IMG/VR virus record: IMGVR_UViG_3300045988_017465
Length of the DNA: 41,918 nucleotides
DNA from: a virus
Direction: 5' to 3' (one strand)
Under the pieces are notes generated by a model that made no database searches, was not told where the DNA came from, and saw nothing but the letters and a program-made list of their open reading frames with translations. A program made the translations under genes and the position numbers. This document shows positions 6,172 through 13,238 of this stretch, piece after piece (position 1 is the stretch's first letter; every line of letters starts with the position of its first letter).

Positions 6172-6624
6172 ATGAAACTAAATCCTGACTGCATCCGGGA
6201 CATTATGATGTTCTGCGTAGACAAAACCTTTGTAATGGATGAGCACAGAACCGTGAAGAAAGATTCCATCTGTTTTGCAAGTTTTCACGTCCTGCATGTA
6301 GATGAGATGGCCAAAACCGAGCAAATGCGCAAATATCCGTTTGGAGAATTGACCTATCATGTGATTCAGCTTTCAGAAAGTGGATTCCTCGCAACGGATT
6401 TTTCGCTGGACACCAAAAACAGAAAAACCGAATTCCTAGTTCCGGTGATCTACTATGTCACCCCGAAAGGATACGACTTTGTGGCGGCATCCGCCGAAAA
6501 GACACAATGGGAAAAATCCAAGTCTATCTTGGCGAAGCTGGGCGGCGTGTCAATGTCTGTCCTGGAAAAGGTTGCTGCCAATGTCGCTTCCGCTGCAATT
6601 AGTCAGCTAATGGGTAAGGGCTGA
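6172..6624 (+). CDS. DUF2513-like protein
   Basis: 150 aa. The N-terminus MKLNPDCIRDIMMFCVDK matches the characteristic DUF2513 start as I remember it (MKLNPDL.RDILL..E). It follows the repressor. Confidence 0.55.
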   Translation: MKLNPDCIRDIMMFCVDKTFVMDEHRTVKKDSICFASFHVLHVDEMAKTEQMRKYPFGELTYHVIQLSESGFLATDFSLDTKNRKTEFLVPVIYYVTPKGYDFVAASAEKTQWEKSKSILAKLGGVSMSVLEKVAANVASAAISQLMGKG

Positions 6625-6856
6625 TTGCATAGCCGCCCATGCCGTCGGAACCGAACGACACGGGAGCCGGTTCAAATGTTAGCTTGTCAAGAGCTACGGT
6701 TCTGCTGCTGTCAATTGCGTTCTTTAGGCAGGCAGGAAGCATATCTGCCTGGTCGTATGTAAGCCCATTTTTTTGCATGATTTCCATACACTCGTTTACT
6801 GTTTCTCTCATCTGATTGCTTTTGAACCAATATCTGGGTGCGTTCATTTCGTCCAT
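6599..6856 (-). CDS. Hypothetical protein, antisense-oriented within the lysogeny module
   Basis: 85 aa. AAGGATGA lies upstream of the ATG at 6856. Its 3' end overlaps the convergent 6172..6624 gene by 26 nt. Confidence 0.5.
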   Translation of the reverse strand: MDEMNAPRYWFKSNQMRETVNECMEIMQKNGLTYDQADMLPACLKNAIDSSRTVALDKLTFEPAPVSFGSDGMGGYAISPYPLAD

Positions 6857-6999
6857 TCCTGTATCATCCTTAAAATATATTCGGCTTGCTTGTCCGTCAG
6901 GGCAAGAACTTCTGCCTTTAGTTTATCACGGATGGTTTCGGATTGCAATCCGGTGTTTTCAATCGTTTCACAAGCCATAGTGTTATCGTTCCTTTCCAT
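6844..6999 (-). CDS. Hypothetical small protein
   Basis: Ends ...LKAEVLALTDKQAEYILRMIQEWTK. The start is ambiguous (TTG 7026, ATG 6999 or ATG 6978) and none has a convincing SD. Confidence 0.4.
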   Translation of the reverse strand: MERNDNTMACETIENTGLQSETIRDKLKAEVLALTDKQAEYILRMIQEWTK

Positions 7000-7102
7000 T
7001 TTAACGGCTGGTGCCGTTGAATACAATCATATGTTTGGTTTACGCAAGCATATCACACTAATAGTACCATAAAACGGGTACGAAAGAAAGAGGGAAAATA
7101 AA

Positions 7103-8317
7103 ATGAAGAGAATCGGGGCGTTGCTGCTTTGTCTGTGTCTGCTGCTGGCAGGCTGTGGCGCCAAAAAAGCGGAGACAATATCCCTGGTTGCGGGAGTACA
7201 GGGGCAATACGGCGAGCCGTTTACCATAAACAAAGGCACGGAATTTGAGGAAAATTATTTCATTTATCGTGTTCCGGCTGGAACATATACGGTGACAAAC
7301 GTTGGAAAGTACCTAAACCAATTCACCGTTTTAGGCGAAACTGTATACACCACTGATGCCGGATGGGAAGAGCTATCCGATGTGTACTATGTCAAGGCAC
7401 TAAAGCCTGGTGAATCAGATACAGTAACTATCGAAGATGGGCAAATAATCGAAATTCACGAGCCAGGGGAGTTCGAACTGGAAAAAGTTAAATCTGGACA
7501 TGGGACTGAAAAGACGGTGAAAACTGTTCCCCCAACAACGAAGGTAGAAACAACGGTGAATCCGAACACGGCAATTTTTGAAGCGGCAAAAACCGAGATT
7601 GAAAACCGCTTGGGTTCGAATTTTTGCTATTACAATGTGTCCTACGATGACAATATGTTTTGCGTTTCGGTATCTATGGAAGGAATAGAAGAAATTGTAA
7701 CCCAAGCGTTGGAACAGGGTGTTTCTTCTGATTCCAAAGAATGGGGATCAATCAGAAATTCCACAATCACAGGGCATGATCTGGTGAAAAAGATTCTGAC
7801 GGAAGCCGGGGCGGATTTGTCGGATGTGCAAATCAGCTTTGATTTGGTCAGTGACGTGGACAATGAAGTTGTCTATGTATCCGCCGTAGACGGCACTATC
7901 TATTATGATGTCCTGGAAATGGCGGAACAGATGAAGGAAGCCGGAGTTGCAGAAACAACGCCTATGCAGAAAGAAGATGCAAAATCTTTGGCGATTATCG
8001 TCAAAGGTATAATGCTGAAGAATCATAGCGATATCAATGTGGATGTCGAGGGGAATACACTGATTGCGTCGTTCACCTATCAAGGCCTTGGGCAGGTAGT
8101 TCCGTATCTGGCTGATGGAAACAAAGAACTTGTTGACAATTGGGGGAATCTGGTTACAGCATCCGAAAAAGAATGCCAATCAATATGTGAACTTGTACAG
8201 ACTTGTGGATATGATTGTACCGTAAAAATGATTATTCTGAACGATTTAGATACTAGCAAATCATTGATGGAATTTACGGATGGGAAAATCACTTACAATG
8301 TTGCGGACGAGAAATAA
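7103..8317 (+). CDS. Prophage-encoded lipoprotein
   Basis: 404 aa. Signal peptide plus lipobox: MKRIGALLLCLCLLLAGC|GAKK. SD AGAGGGA. No family recognised for the mature part. Confidence 0.8.
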   Translation: MKRIGALLLCLCLLLAGCGAKKAETISLVAGVQGQYGEPFTINKGTEFEENYFIYRVPAGTYTVTNVGKYLNQFTVLGETVYTTDAGWEELSDVYYVKALKPGESDTVTIEDGQIIEIHEPGEFELEKVKSGHGTEKTVKTVPPTTKVETTVNPNTAIFEAAKTEIENRLGSNFCYYNVSYDDNMFCVSVSMEGIEEIVTQALEQGVSSDSKEWGSIRNSTITGHDLVKKILTEAGADLSDVQISFDLVSDVDNEVVYVSAVDGTIYYDVLEMAEQMKEAGVAETTPMQKEDAKSLAIIVKGIMLKNHSDINVDVEGNTLIASFTYQGLGQVVPYLADGNKELVDNWGNLVTASEKECQSICELVQTCGYDCTVKMIILNDLDTSKSLMEFTDGKITYNVADEK

Positions 8318-8329
8318 TCAGACGGTTAT

Positions 8330-8353
8330 CATTCCCGGAGTATTCCGGGAATG
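8330..8353 (+). terminator. Perfect 10-bp stem-loop after the lipoprotein gene (CATTCCCGGA-GTAT-TCCGGGAATG), no U-tract
   Basis: Read directly. It is followed by a second 5-bp hairpin at 8354..8369 and a 12-bp bulged hairpin at 8390..8421. Confidence 0.35.
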
Positions 8354-8557
8354 CCGCTAGTACCAGCGGAACAGATTCCTTTTGAATTTGCCCGGCTCCT
8401 GGTGCCATCAGGAAGCCGGGCTGCCGCCGGTGTGGTGTGTCCCTCGCCGGTTGCTGCCATTACTGTATCACCTGAAATCGAAACTTGGAACGACCGGAAA
8501 GGGCAAATTTTAACGCAAACCATGGCAAATTGTTATACAAAATAGGGGTGACGGATT

Positions 8558-9211
8558 TTGAAAATATCGCAGGAAGGGAAAAATTCGCAAGAGACGAGAG
8601 AATTTGTCGAAAGCTTATGGCAGGCCAGGCTAGACAAAAAGAGAACCTATCAGGAAATTTCCGACGAAACACAAATACCGTATCACACGGTGTGCCGCTT
8701 CTTCCAGGGCACGATGGACGATCCCGGAATTTACATCGTGAACGAACTGGCACATGCGTTAGACGTGCCCATGTTTGCGCCGGATGCGCCGGACACCACC
8801 GCAGAGGTGGAGCGACTGGAATCCGAGCTGTGCCACAAAGACGAACTTCTTGCCGAAAAAGATAGGGCAATTGGAAGGCTGGTAGACCGCAGTCGGATCA
8901 TGCTAACCGGCATCGAATTCAGGGAAAACCGCCTGGCAGAAAAAGAAAACGAATTGCACACCGTGCAGGACGGGAGCAAGCCTCTAGTTTACGGCCTTCT
9001 GGGTCTGTGCGTGATGCTGGCTGCCGTCCTGCTCGTTTATATGATCCTTGACGCAAGAGACCCGTATCAGGGATTGATACGGGTAGGGGAAGGGAGAGTA
9101 TCCGTTGTCGTTTTGCTGGGCATTCTCGGCGTGACCGTTGCGGTGCTTGTGCTTATTTATATGGCCGGTGCACATCGCTTTGTGCATCGGAAGAATAAGG
9201 GGGAATCCTGA
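8558..9211 (+). CDS. Membrane-anchored XRE-type HTH protein (HTH, coiled coil, two transmembrane helices)
   Basis: TTG start with an AGGGGTGA SD. HTH: RTYQEISDETQIPYHTVCRFFQGT. Coiled coil: EVERLESELCHKDELLAEKDRAIGRL. Transmembrane helices: PLVYGLLGLCVMLAAVLLVYMIL and VSVVVLLGILGVTVAVLVLIYMAG. The stop overlaps the int ATG. Confidence 0.7.
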   Translation: MKISQEGKNSQETREFVESLWQARLDKKRTYQEISDETQIPYHTVCRFFQGTMDDPGIYIVNELAHALDVPMFAPDAPDTTAEVERLESELCHKDELLAEKDRAIGRLVDRSRIMLTGIEFRENRLAEKENELHTVQDGSKPLVYGLLGLCVMLAAVLLVYMILDARDPYQGLIRVGEGRVSVVVLLGILGVTVAVLVLIYMAGAHRFVHRKNKGES

Positions 9212-10389
9212 TGCCACGAAAAGCCGCCTCCGGCTCCGGCACGATCCGGAAAAAGGAGATTGTCAGAAACGGCACGAAATACACCTATTGGGAAGGCCGC
9301 TACATGGCAGGACGTGACCCCTTAACCGGGAAGCCCGTCCGTAAATCCATCACCGGGAAAACCCAGAAGGAAGTCGCCCAGAAGCTCCGGGAAGTGGTTT
9401 CATCCGGTGCCGACAGCGCATACAATCCAAATAGCGGTATCACCGTGGAAAAATGGCTGAACCTGTGGATAACCGACTACGCCGGGGAGAAGAAGGAAAC
9501 CACCATAGCCAATTACAAAACCTGGATAGACTACCGTATTGCCCCGGCTTTGGGAAAAATAAAGCTGGAGCATTTGCAGACCAATGATATTCAGAGATTC
9601 TATAACGGCCTGCGGGGCGATATTTCCGCAAAAACCATCCGCAATATCCACGGTATTCTGCATAGCGCATTGGCACAGGCTGTGCGCAGCCGGATCATAC
9701 CATTTAATCCGGCGGACGCTTGCGCCCTGCCAAGGGTGGAAAAGCGGGAGATAACTCCGGTTGTAGACGATGATCTCACGGCCTTTTTGTCCGCTATCAA
9801 GGAAAGCAAATACGAAGATGTCTACTTGGTTGACGTATTCACGGGGATGCGTCAAGGGGAAATTTTGGGCCTGACGTGGGATTGTGTAGACTTTAAGCGG
9901 AACCGGCTATGTGTAAATAAGCAGCTGGCCAGGGTCAAGCAGGGGGGAGGAACCCATGTGCTCCGACCCACAAAAAAAGACAACATCCGCTATATTGCGA
10001 TTCCCGCCATGATTGCCGCCCGGCTGAAAACGATCCAGCGGCACCAACAGACCCTCGCTGCCGAAGACCCGTGCACATACCGAAACGATATGAATCTTGT
10101 GTTTACGGACGATACCGGGAAGCACCTGGTTGGTATTACGGTTTACAAAAACTTAAAAAAAATATTTGCCAAAATCGGAATACCGGAATCCAGGTTTCAT
10201 GATCTGCGCCACTCCTACGCCGTTGCACTTTTGGAGGCCGGGGTTGACGTGAAAACGCTGCAAACCAATCTAGGCCACTCGAACATTTCGACCACCCTTG
10301 ACGTATATGCCCACGTTACCCAAAAGCTAAAAGCAGACAGTGCGGACAAGCTGGAAAAATTCGTTTCCGGGCTGCAAAAACAGCGCTAA
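9211..10389 (+). CDS. int: Tyrosine recombinase / phage integrase
   Basis: 392 aa. SAM-like N-terminal domain and catalytic motifs TGMRQGE, HDLRHSYA and LGHSNISTTLDVYAH. Confidence 0.92.
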   Translation: MPRKAASGSGTIRKKEIVRNGTKYTYWEGRYMAGRDPLTGKPVRKSITGKTQKEVAQKLREVVSSGADSAYNPNSGITVEKWLNLWITDYAGEKKETTIANYKTWIDYRIAPALGKIKLEHLQTNDIQRFYNGLRGDISAKTIRNIHGILHSALAQAVRSRIIPFNPADACALPRVEKREITPVVDDDLTAFLSAIKESKYEDVYLVDVFTGMRQGEILGLTWDCVDFKRNRLCVNKQLARVKQGGGTHVLRPTKKDNIRYIAIPAMIAARLKTIQRHQQTLAAEDPCTYRNDMNLVFTDDTGKHLVGITVYKNLKKIFAKIGIPESRFHDLRHSYAVALLEAGVDVKTLQTNLGHSNISTTLDVYAHVTQKLKADSADKLEKFVSGLQKQR

Positions 10390-10397
10390 AAACCTGA

Positions 10398-10670
10398 TTG
10401 GGGAAAACTATGGGGTAAACGCCGTGAAACGAGATATTCAAAAATTGAATTTTCTTAACAAATTTATGATGGATATGAATAAGAATACGGAAATCCCCTT
10501 GAAATTTGAACAATTCCAAGGGGATTTGCTATGGGGTGGATAATGGGACTCGAATTTTGCATATTCCGTACATATAGTTATATTGCGTTATTTTCTTTTG
10601 GAAAACGTCCATATAATTATATTATGTATTGTGGATTGCAAATCCTGTTGGGGAAAAATATGGGGCAAAA
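10398..10670. other. Candidate attP region (arm-type direct repeats flanking an AT-rich core)
   Basis: TTGGGGAAAACTATGGGGTAAA (10398..10419) and TTGGGGAAAAATATGGGGCAAA (10648..10669) match at 20 of 22 positions. An 11-bp perfect inverted repeat AAATCCCCTTG/CAAGGGGATTT lies at 10491..10527. The region is AT-rich and non-coding, directly 3' of int. Confidence 0.6.
10532..10554 (-). other. tRNA 3'-end mimic (T-loop through CCA), probable attP core
   Basis: Minus strand reads TTCGAGT CCCAT TATCCAC C CCA: a 7-nt T-loop, 5-nt T-stem 3' strand, 7-nt acceptor 3' strand, discriminator and CCA, with exact tRNA spacing. No matching T-stem 5' strand lies upstream, so this is not a full tRNA gene. Confidence 0.5.
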
Positions 10671-10705
10671 AGCATTTCCTAATTTTGGGAGGTGCTTTGT
10701 TGGCA

Positions 10706-11041
10706 CTAAAATGTGATTAAGTTTTCAGCACGTTGCAGCAAAAGGCGAAGATAGATTGGGCATCCTCTTGATTCGGTACACCAATTTTCGACCGTTCGCT
10801 TCGGAATGCAATACCGTTCTGCGAATGCCGCTTGGCTCAGGCCAGAATGCGCAACAATTTCCCGGACGGTGCGGCTTGCGGCGGCGTAGATACTGCGCAA
10901 TTGATCCAGCCGTTCGGGCGGGATGGGTGCATCCGGCGTGTCGCCCCAAATGGTGGACAATGCAAGGTCTGACACATACGCGTCCGGGTCGCTGTAATTT
11001 GCAACCGCAGACACGCAAAAATAATATTGTTTGGCAGTCAT
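10706..11041 (-). CDS. HTH DNA-binding protein (MqsA/Cro-like C-terminal HTH)
   Basis: 111 aa. The motif SQAAFAERYCIPKRTVENWCTESRGCPIYLRLLLQR is HTH-like. Good SD (GGAAAGGAAAG). It is the last gene before attP. Confidence 0.55.
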   Translation of the reverse strand: MTAKQYYFCVSAVANYSDPDAYVSDLALSTIWGDTPDAPIPPERLDQLRSIYAAASRTVREIVAHSGLSQAAFAERYCIPKRTVENWCTESRGCPIYLRLLLQRAENLITF

Positions 11042-11059
11042 GTTACTTTCCTTTCTTCT

Positions 11060-11617
11060 TTAATGCCTTTCCTTTTTCCTGCTTTCCCTTAACGCGGAAA
11101 GCCAATTCAGAAATTCATCGTCCGGAATCTGCTGGGCAATGCGGCGCATTTCTTCCGCGGCTTCCCGTGTCTTAAATTCCCCGATAAAGTGCTGATGGCC
11201 GTTTAGAATTTTGTAGGTGAAAAACATTCCCCTAGCCGTTCTTTTTGAAACGCCCGTACGCGAAGAATCGATGATTTTTCCCGCCGCCGTGATCCGCGCA
11301 CTATCGCGCTTCCAGCAGCCACAGCTTTTAGTAGTCCCACCCCTTAGGGACGTTGCTGGTACTAGTACAGTGTTTCCACAGTCGCATTTACAAAGCCAGA
11401 CGACCGATTTTGCACGCTTTACGTCTGTTTCGCAAATTGCGACCAGGCGGCCAAACCGCTGCCCGCTTATGTCCCTATTATCTGGCAGGCGGTTTCTGTG
11501 TATCAGGGCTAGGCGGCACTGTTCGGAACAGGTGCGCCGCACATAATAGGAATCCGGGGCGGTAAATTCCGCCCCGCATATTACGCAAACACGGCGTTTT
11601 TCTTTGCCATTATTCAT
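11060..11617 (-). CDS. Zinc-ribbon plus AP2-like DNA-binding protein
   Basis: 185 aa. CVICG...CSEQC; GQRFGRLVAI...WLCKCDCGNTVLVPATSLRGGTTKSCGC (a common phage motif); then an AP2-like GVSKRTARGMFFTYKILNGHQHFIGEFKTREAAEEMRR. Confidence 0.55.
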   Translation of the reverse strand: MNNGKEKRRVCVICGAEFTAPDSYYVRRTCSEQCRLALIHRNRLPDNRDISGQRFGRLVAICETDVKRAKSVVWLCKCDCGNTVLVPATSLRGGTTKSCGCWKRDSARITAAGKIIDSSRTGVSKRTARGMFFTYKILNGHQHFIGEFKTREAAEEMRRIAQQIPDDEFLNWLSALRESRKKERH

Positions 11618-11921
11618 CTACAACCAGATTCCATTCGTCGCCGTTGTCCCGTTCTTCGTCCGTCAGGGCAACCAGAACTTCGCTATCTTCGCCACGGTTG
11701 GCGGTGTCTACTTCGTTCTGCCACCAGGAAATCAGGTTCTTGACATCTTCGTCGTTGGCCAGAATAGTTGTGCTGCCTTCTTCTGTTCCCTTGCCGAACT
11801 CCCGGGCAAAGCTGCCGTTTTCCAGGTCGTCGAAACAATCGGGTTCATAACCGGCATTCCAGCCGCCGCGCCACAGCTTCAGGGTGATGTTGATAGTCTT
11901 GGTTTCAGTCTTGATAGTCAT
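11610..11921 (-). CDS. Hypothetical acidic protein
   Basis: 103 aa. SD AAAAGGAGA upstream. It is the first gene downstream of the second consensus promoter and overlaps the next gene by 8 nt. Confidence 0.6.
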   Translation of the reverse strand: MTIKTETKTINITLKLWRGGWNAGYEPDCFDDLENGSFAREFGKGTEEGSTTILANDEDVKNLISWWQNEVDTANRGEDSEVLVALTDEERDNGDEWNLVVDE

Positions 11922-11942
11922 AATTGTAATCTCCTTTTGGTT

Positions 11943-11963
11943 TTGTAGGTGCTTTCCTTAACT
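11943..11963 (-). promoter_or_regulatory. Conserved box copy 2 (minus-sense AGTTAAGGAAAGCACCTACAA)
   Basis: Plus strand TTGTAGGTGCTTTCCTTAACT. Apart from a 2-nt insertion it matches 5709..5727, and it sits at the same distance from a consensus -10. Confidence 0.6.
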
Positions 11964-11969
11964 GTCTGT

Positions 11970-11998
11970 ATTATACCACTCATTGGGTGGTATGTCAA
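11970..11998 (-). promoter_or_regulatory. Second perfect-consensus promoter TTGACA-17-TATAAT with a palindromic spacer
   Basis: Minus-strand read: TTGACA (11998..11993), TACCACCCAATGAGTGG (17 nt), TATAAT (11975..11970). The dyad is ATACCAC-N7-GTGGTAT. Confidence 0.7.
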
Positions 11999-12030
11999 GT
12001 GTTTTCTGAAAAATAGTTGGAAATTATTTC

Positions 12031-12066
12031 AAAAATTTATCCCCAAGAGGTTGAACCCTTGGGGAT
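12031..12066 (-). terminator. Intrinsic terminator ending the low-complexity operon
   Basis: Minus sense: ATCCCCAAG-(10 nt)-CTTGGGGAT, a 9-bp stem (12039..12066), followed by AAATTTTT. It begins 6 nt after the stop of the 12072 gene. Confidence 0.6.
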
Positions 12067-12071
12067 AATAG

Positions 12072-12398
12072 TTAATCTTCTAACCGCCGCATAATTGCGG
12101 CGTATTCCTTGGGATAAAGTGCCCGAACACAATCCATGTGTTCATCCAGTACATCCAAAAGCCGTGGCATTCCAGCCTTCCTTGCGGCTCTGACAAACTC
12201 GCTTCCTCCGGTGTCTACCGGCTCCGGCGACATGGAATACATTTGCACAGGGGCAGGATTAGCGGGGCGGGAGCTTTCCGGTAACAGGTGATCCAGGATG
12301 GTGTAGCACGCTGCCATAAGCTGGCAGGCGGAAGCGGTAGGCTTTCGCATTGCCCGACACTCTTCGATTGTTTCCAGCAAGTCCCGCTCTGTTAACAT
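12072..12398 (-). CDS. Hypothetical protein H (last gene of the moron unit)
   Basis: ATG at 12398 follows GGAGGATTAAAA. 108 aa: MLTERDLLETIEECRAMRKPTASACQLMAACYTILDHL.... There are 2 nt between it and the upstream stop. Confidence 0.7.
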   Translation of the reverse strand: MLTERDLLETIEECRAMRKPTASACQLMAACYTILDHLLPESSRPANPAPVQMYSMSPEPVDTGGSEFVRAARKAGMPRLLDVLDEHMDCVRALYPKEYAAIMRRLED

Positions 12399-12400
12399 TT

Positions 12401-12784
12401 TTAATCCTCCATGCACCGCAGAGCCTTTTCCAAGGCCTCCCGTGTCCGGCTATCCGGTGCGTCGTCCATCATGCGCCGCAGTTTGTCGGCCATATCATCC
12501 TTAGCATCTGCCCGGCTGTAGCGTCCCATGCTGTCCCGTTTCCGACCCCGGTAGCTGTTGCCACCCCGGTATTCATCCCGGTAGCCATCACGGCCATAAT
12601 TGCCCATAGCGTACCAGTCACCGGCGTTGCTGTACTCTCCGCCCATCATAATCTTGTCCAGATTTTTCAGGGTGTGGGTCAGTTTGTCCACGGTTTCCAG
12701 ATCACCAGCGGATAACTCGCCTTTTTCGGCGATTTCGTCCAGTTCACGGCAAAGAGTATCACGCAATTCGTTCCAATGTTTCAT
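12401..12784 (-). CDS. Hypothetical protein G with a Gly/Tyr/Arg/Asp-rich low-complexity centre
   Basis: 127 aa. SD GGAGGTGAAAA. Helical ends (MKHWNELRDTLCRELDEIAEKGELSAGDLETVDKLTHTLKNLDKI and ...TREALEKALRCMED) flank GGEYSNAGDWYAMGNYGRDGYRDEYRGGNSYRGRKRDSMGRYSR. Confidence 0.75.
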   Translation of the reverse strand: MKHWNELRDTLCRELDEIAEKGELSAGDLETVDKLTHTLKNLDKIMMGGEYSNAGDWYAMGNYGRDGYRDEYRGGNSYRGRKRDSMGRYSRADAKDDMADKLRRMMDDAPDSRTREALEKALRCMED

Positions 12785-12800
12785 CGTGTTTTCACCTCCA

Positions 12801-13235
12801 TCACGCCACGCGTTCGATCATAAGGTTTGCGTTCGCAACATTGATTGCCTGGGTGGATATGTTGCGCACAGACAGGCTGACACAGCAGCCACGGGGTACA
12901 TCCACAAAGGCAGACGATACCACGTTGAATGCGTTCTCAACAGCCGCAGGGGTCACGGTTGCCGTTGTAGTGGGCAAAGCCTCACCGCCCAGCGCCAAGG
13001 CTACACTGATAGCCCCGACAGTACCGCCAGTTGGGATTGAAATGTTGCCGACAAACAGCACCTTATATCTTGCAATAGATGCACAGCCGTTGCAAATGCC
13101 CCGTAGCGTCACCAGCCCGGCCCCGTCACGGTGAACAACATACCCCCGGTTACACCGAACCGGCGTGTCGGTAAAAAGCACGTTCTGTCCGGCGGGAACC
13201 GTCTGGACAGTGTTTGCAGTAAGTTCAACCGCCAT
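12801..13235 (-). CDS. Hypothetical protein F, BclA C-terminal / C1q-TNF-like jelly-roll pattern (inferred)
   Basis: 144 aa. SD AAAGGAGGG. Pattern: V.AGQNVLF...G.V..R..G..L.G.......YKV.F.GNI..P.GG..GAISVALALGGE.L...........N...S....VP.GC...SVRN.S.Q.I.V.NANL.IERVA. Six Cys. Confidence 0.7.
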   Translation of the reverse strand: MAVELTANTVQTVPAGQNVLFTDTPVRCNRGYVVHRDGAGLVTLRGICNGCASIARYKVLFVGNISIPTGGTVGAISVALALGGEALPTTTATVTPAAVENAFNVVSSAFVDVPRGCCVSLSVRNISTQAINVANANLMIERVA

Positions 13236-13238
13236 GGT

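Noticed and set aside
8329-8870. Overlapping track ORFs 8329..8523, 8351..8545, 8460..8870 and 8485..8865
   Set aside because: They are mutually overlapping on both strands and lack SDs. They overlap the hairpin-rich spacer or the well-supported 8558..9211 gene.
10532-10554. A complete tRNA gene
   Set aside because: Only the T-loop, the 3' T-stem strand, the 3' acceptor strand and CCA are present. The upstream sequence (GCAAAA) cannot pair with CCCAT, and no D-arm or anticodon arm is visible. It is treated as an attP core fragment.
10340-10716. Track ORFs 10340..10543 and 10531..10716 in the region after int
   Set aside because: They lie in AT-rich, repeat-bearing DNA with no SDs and implausible translations. 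The region is better explained as attP.
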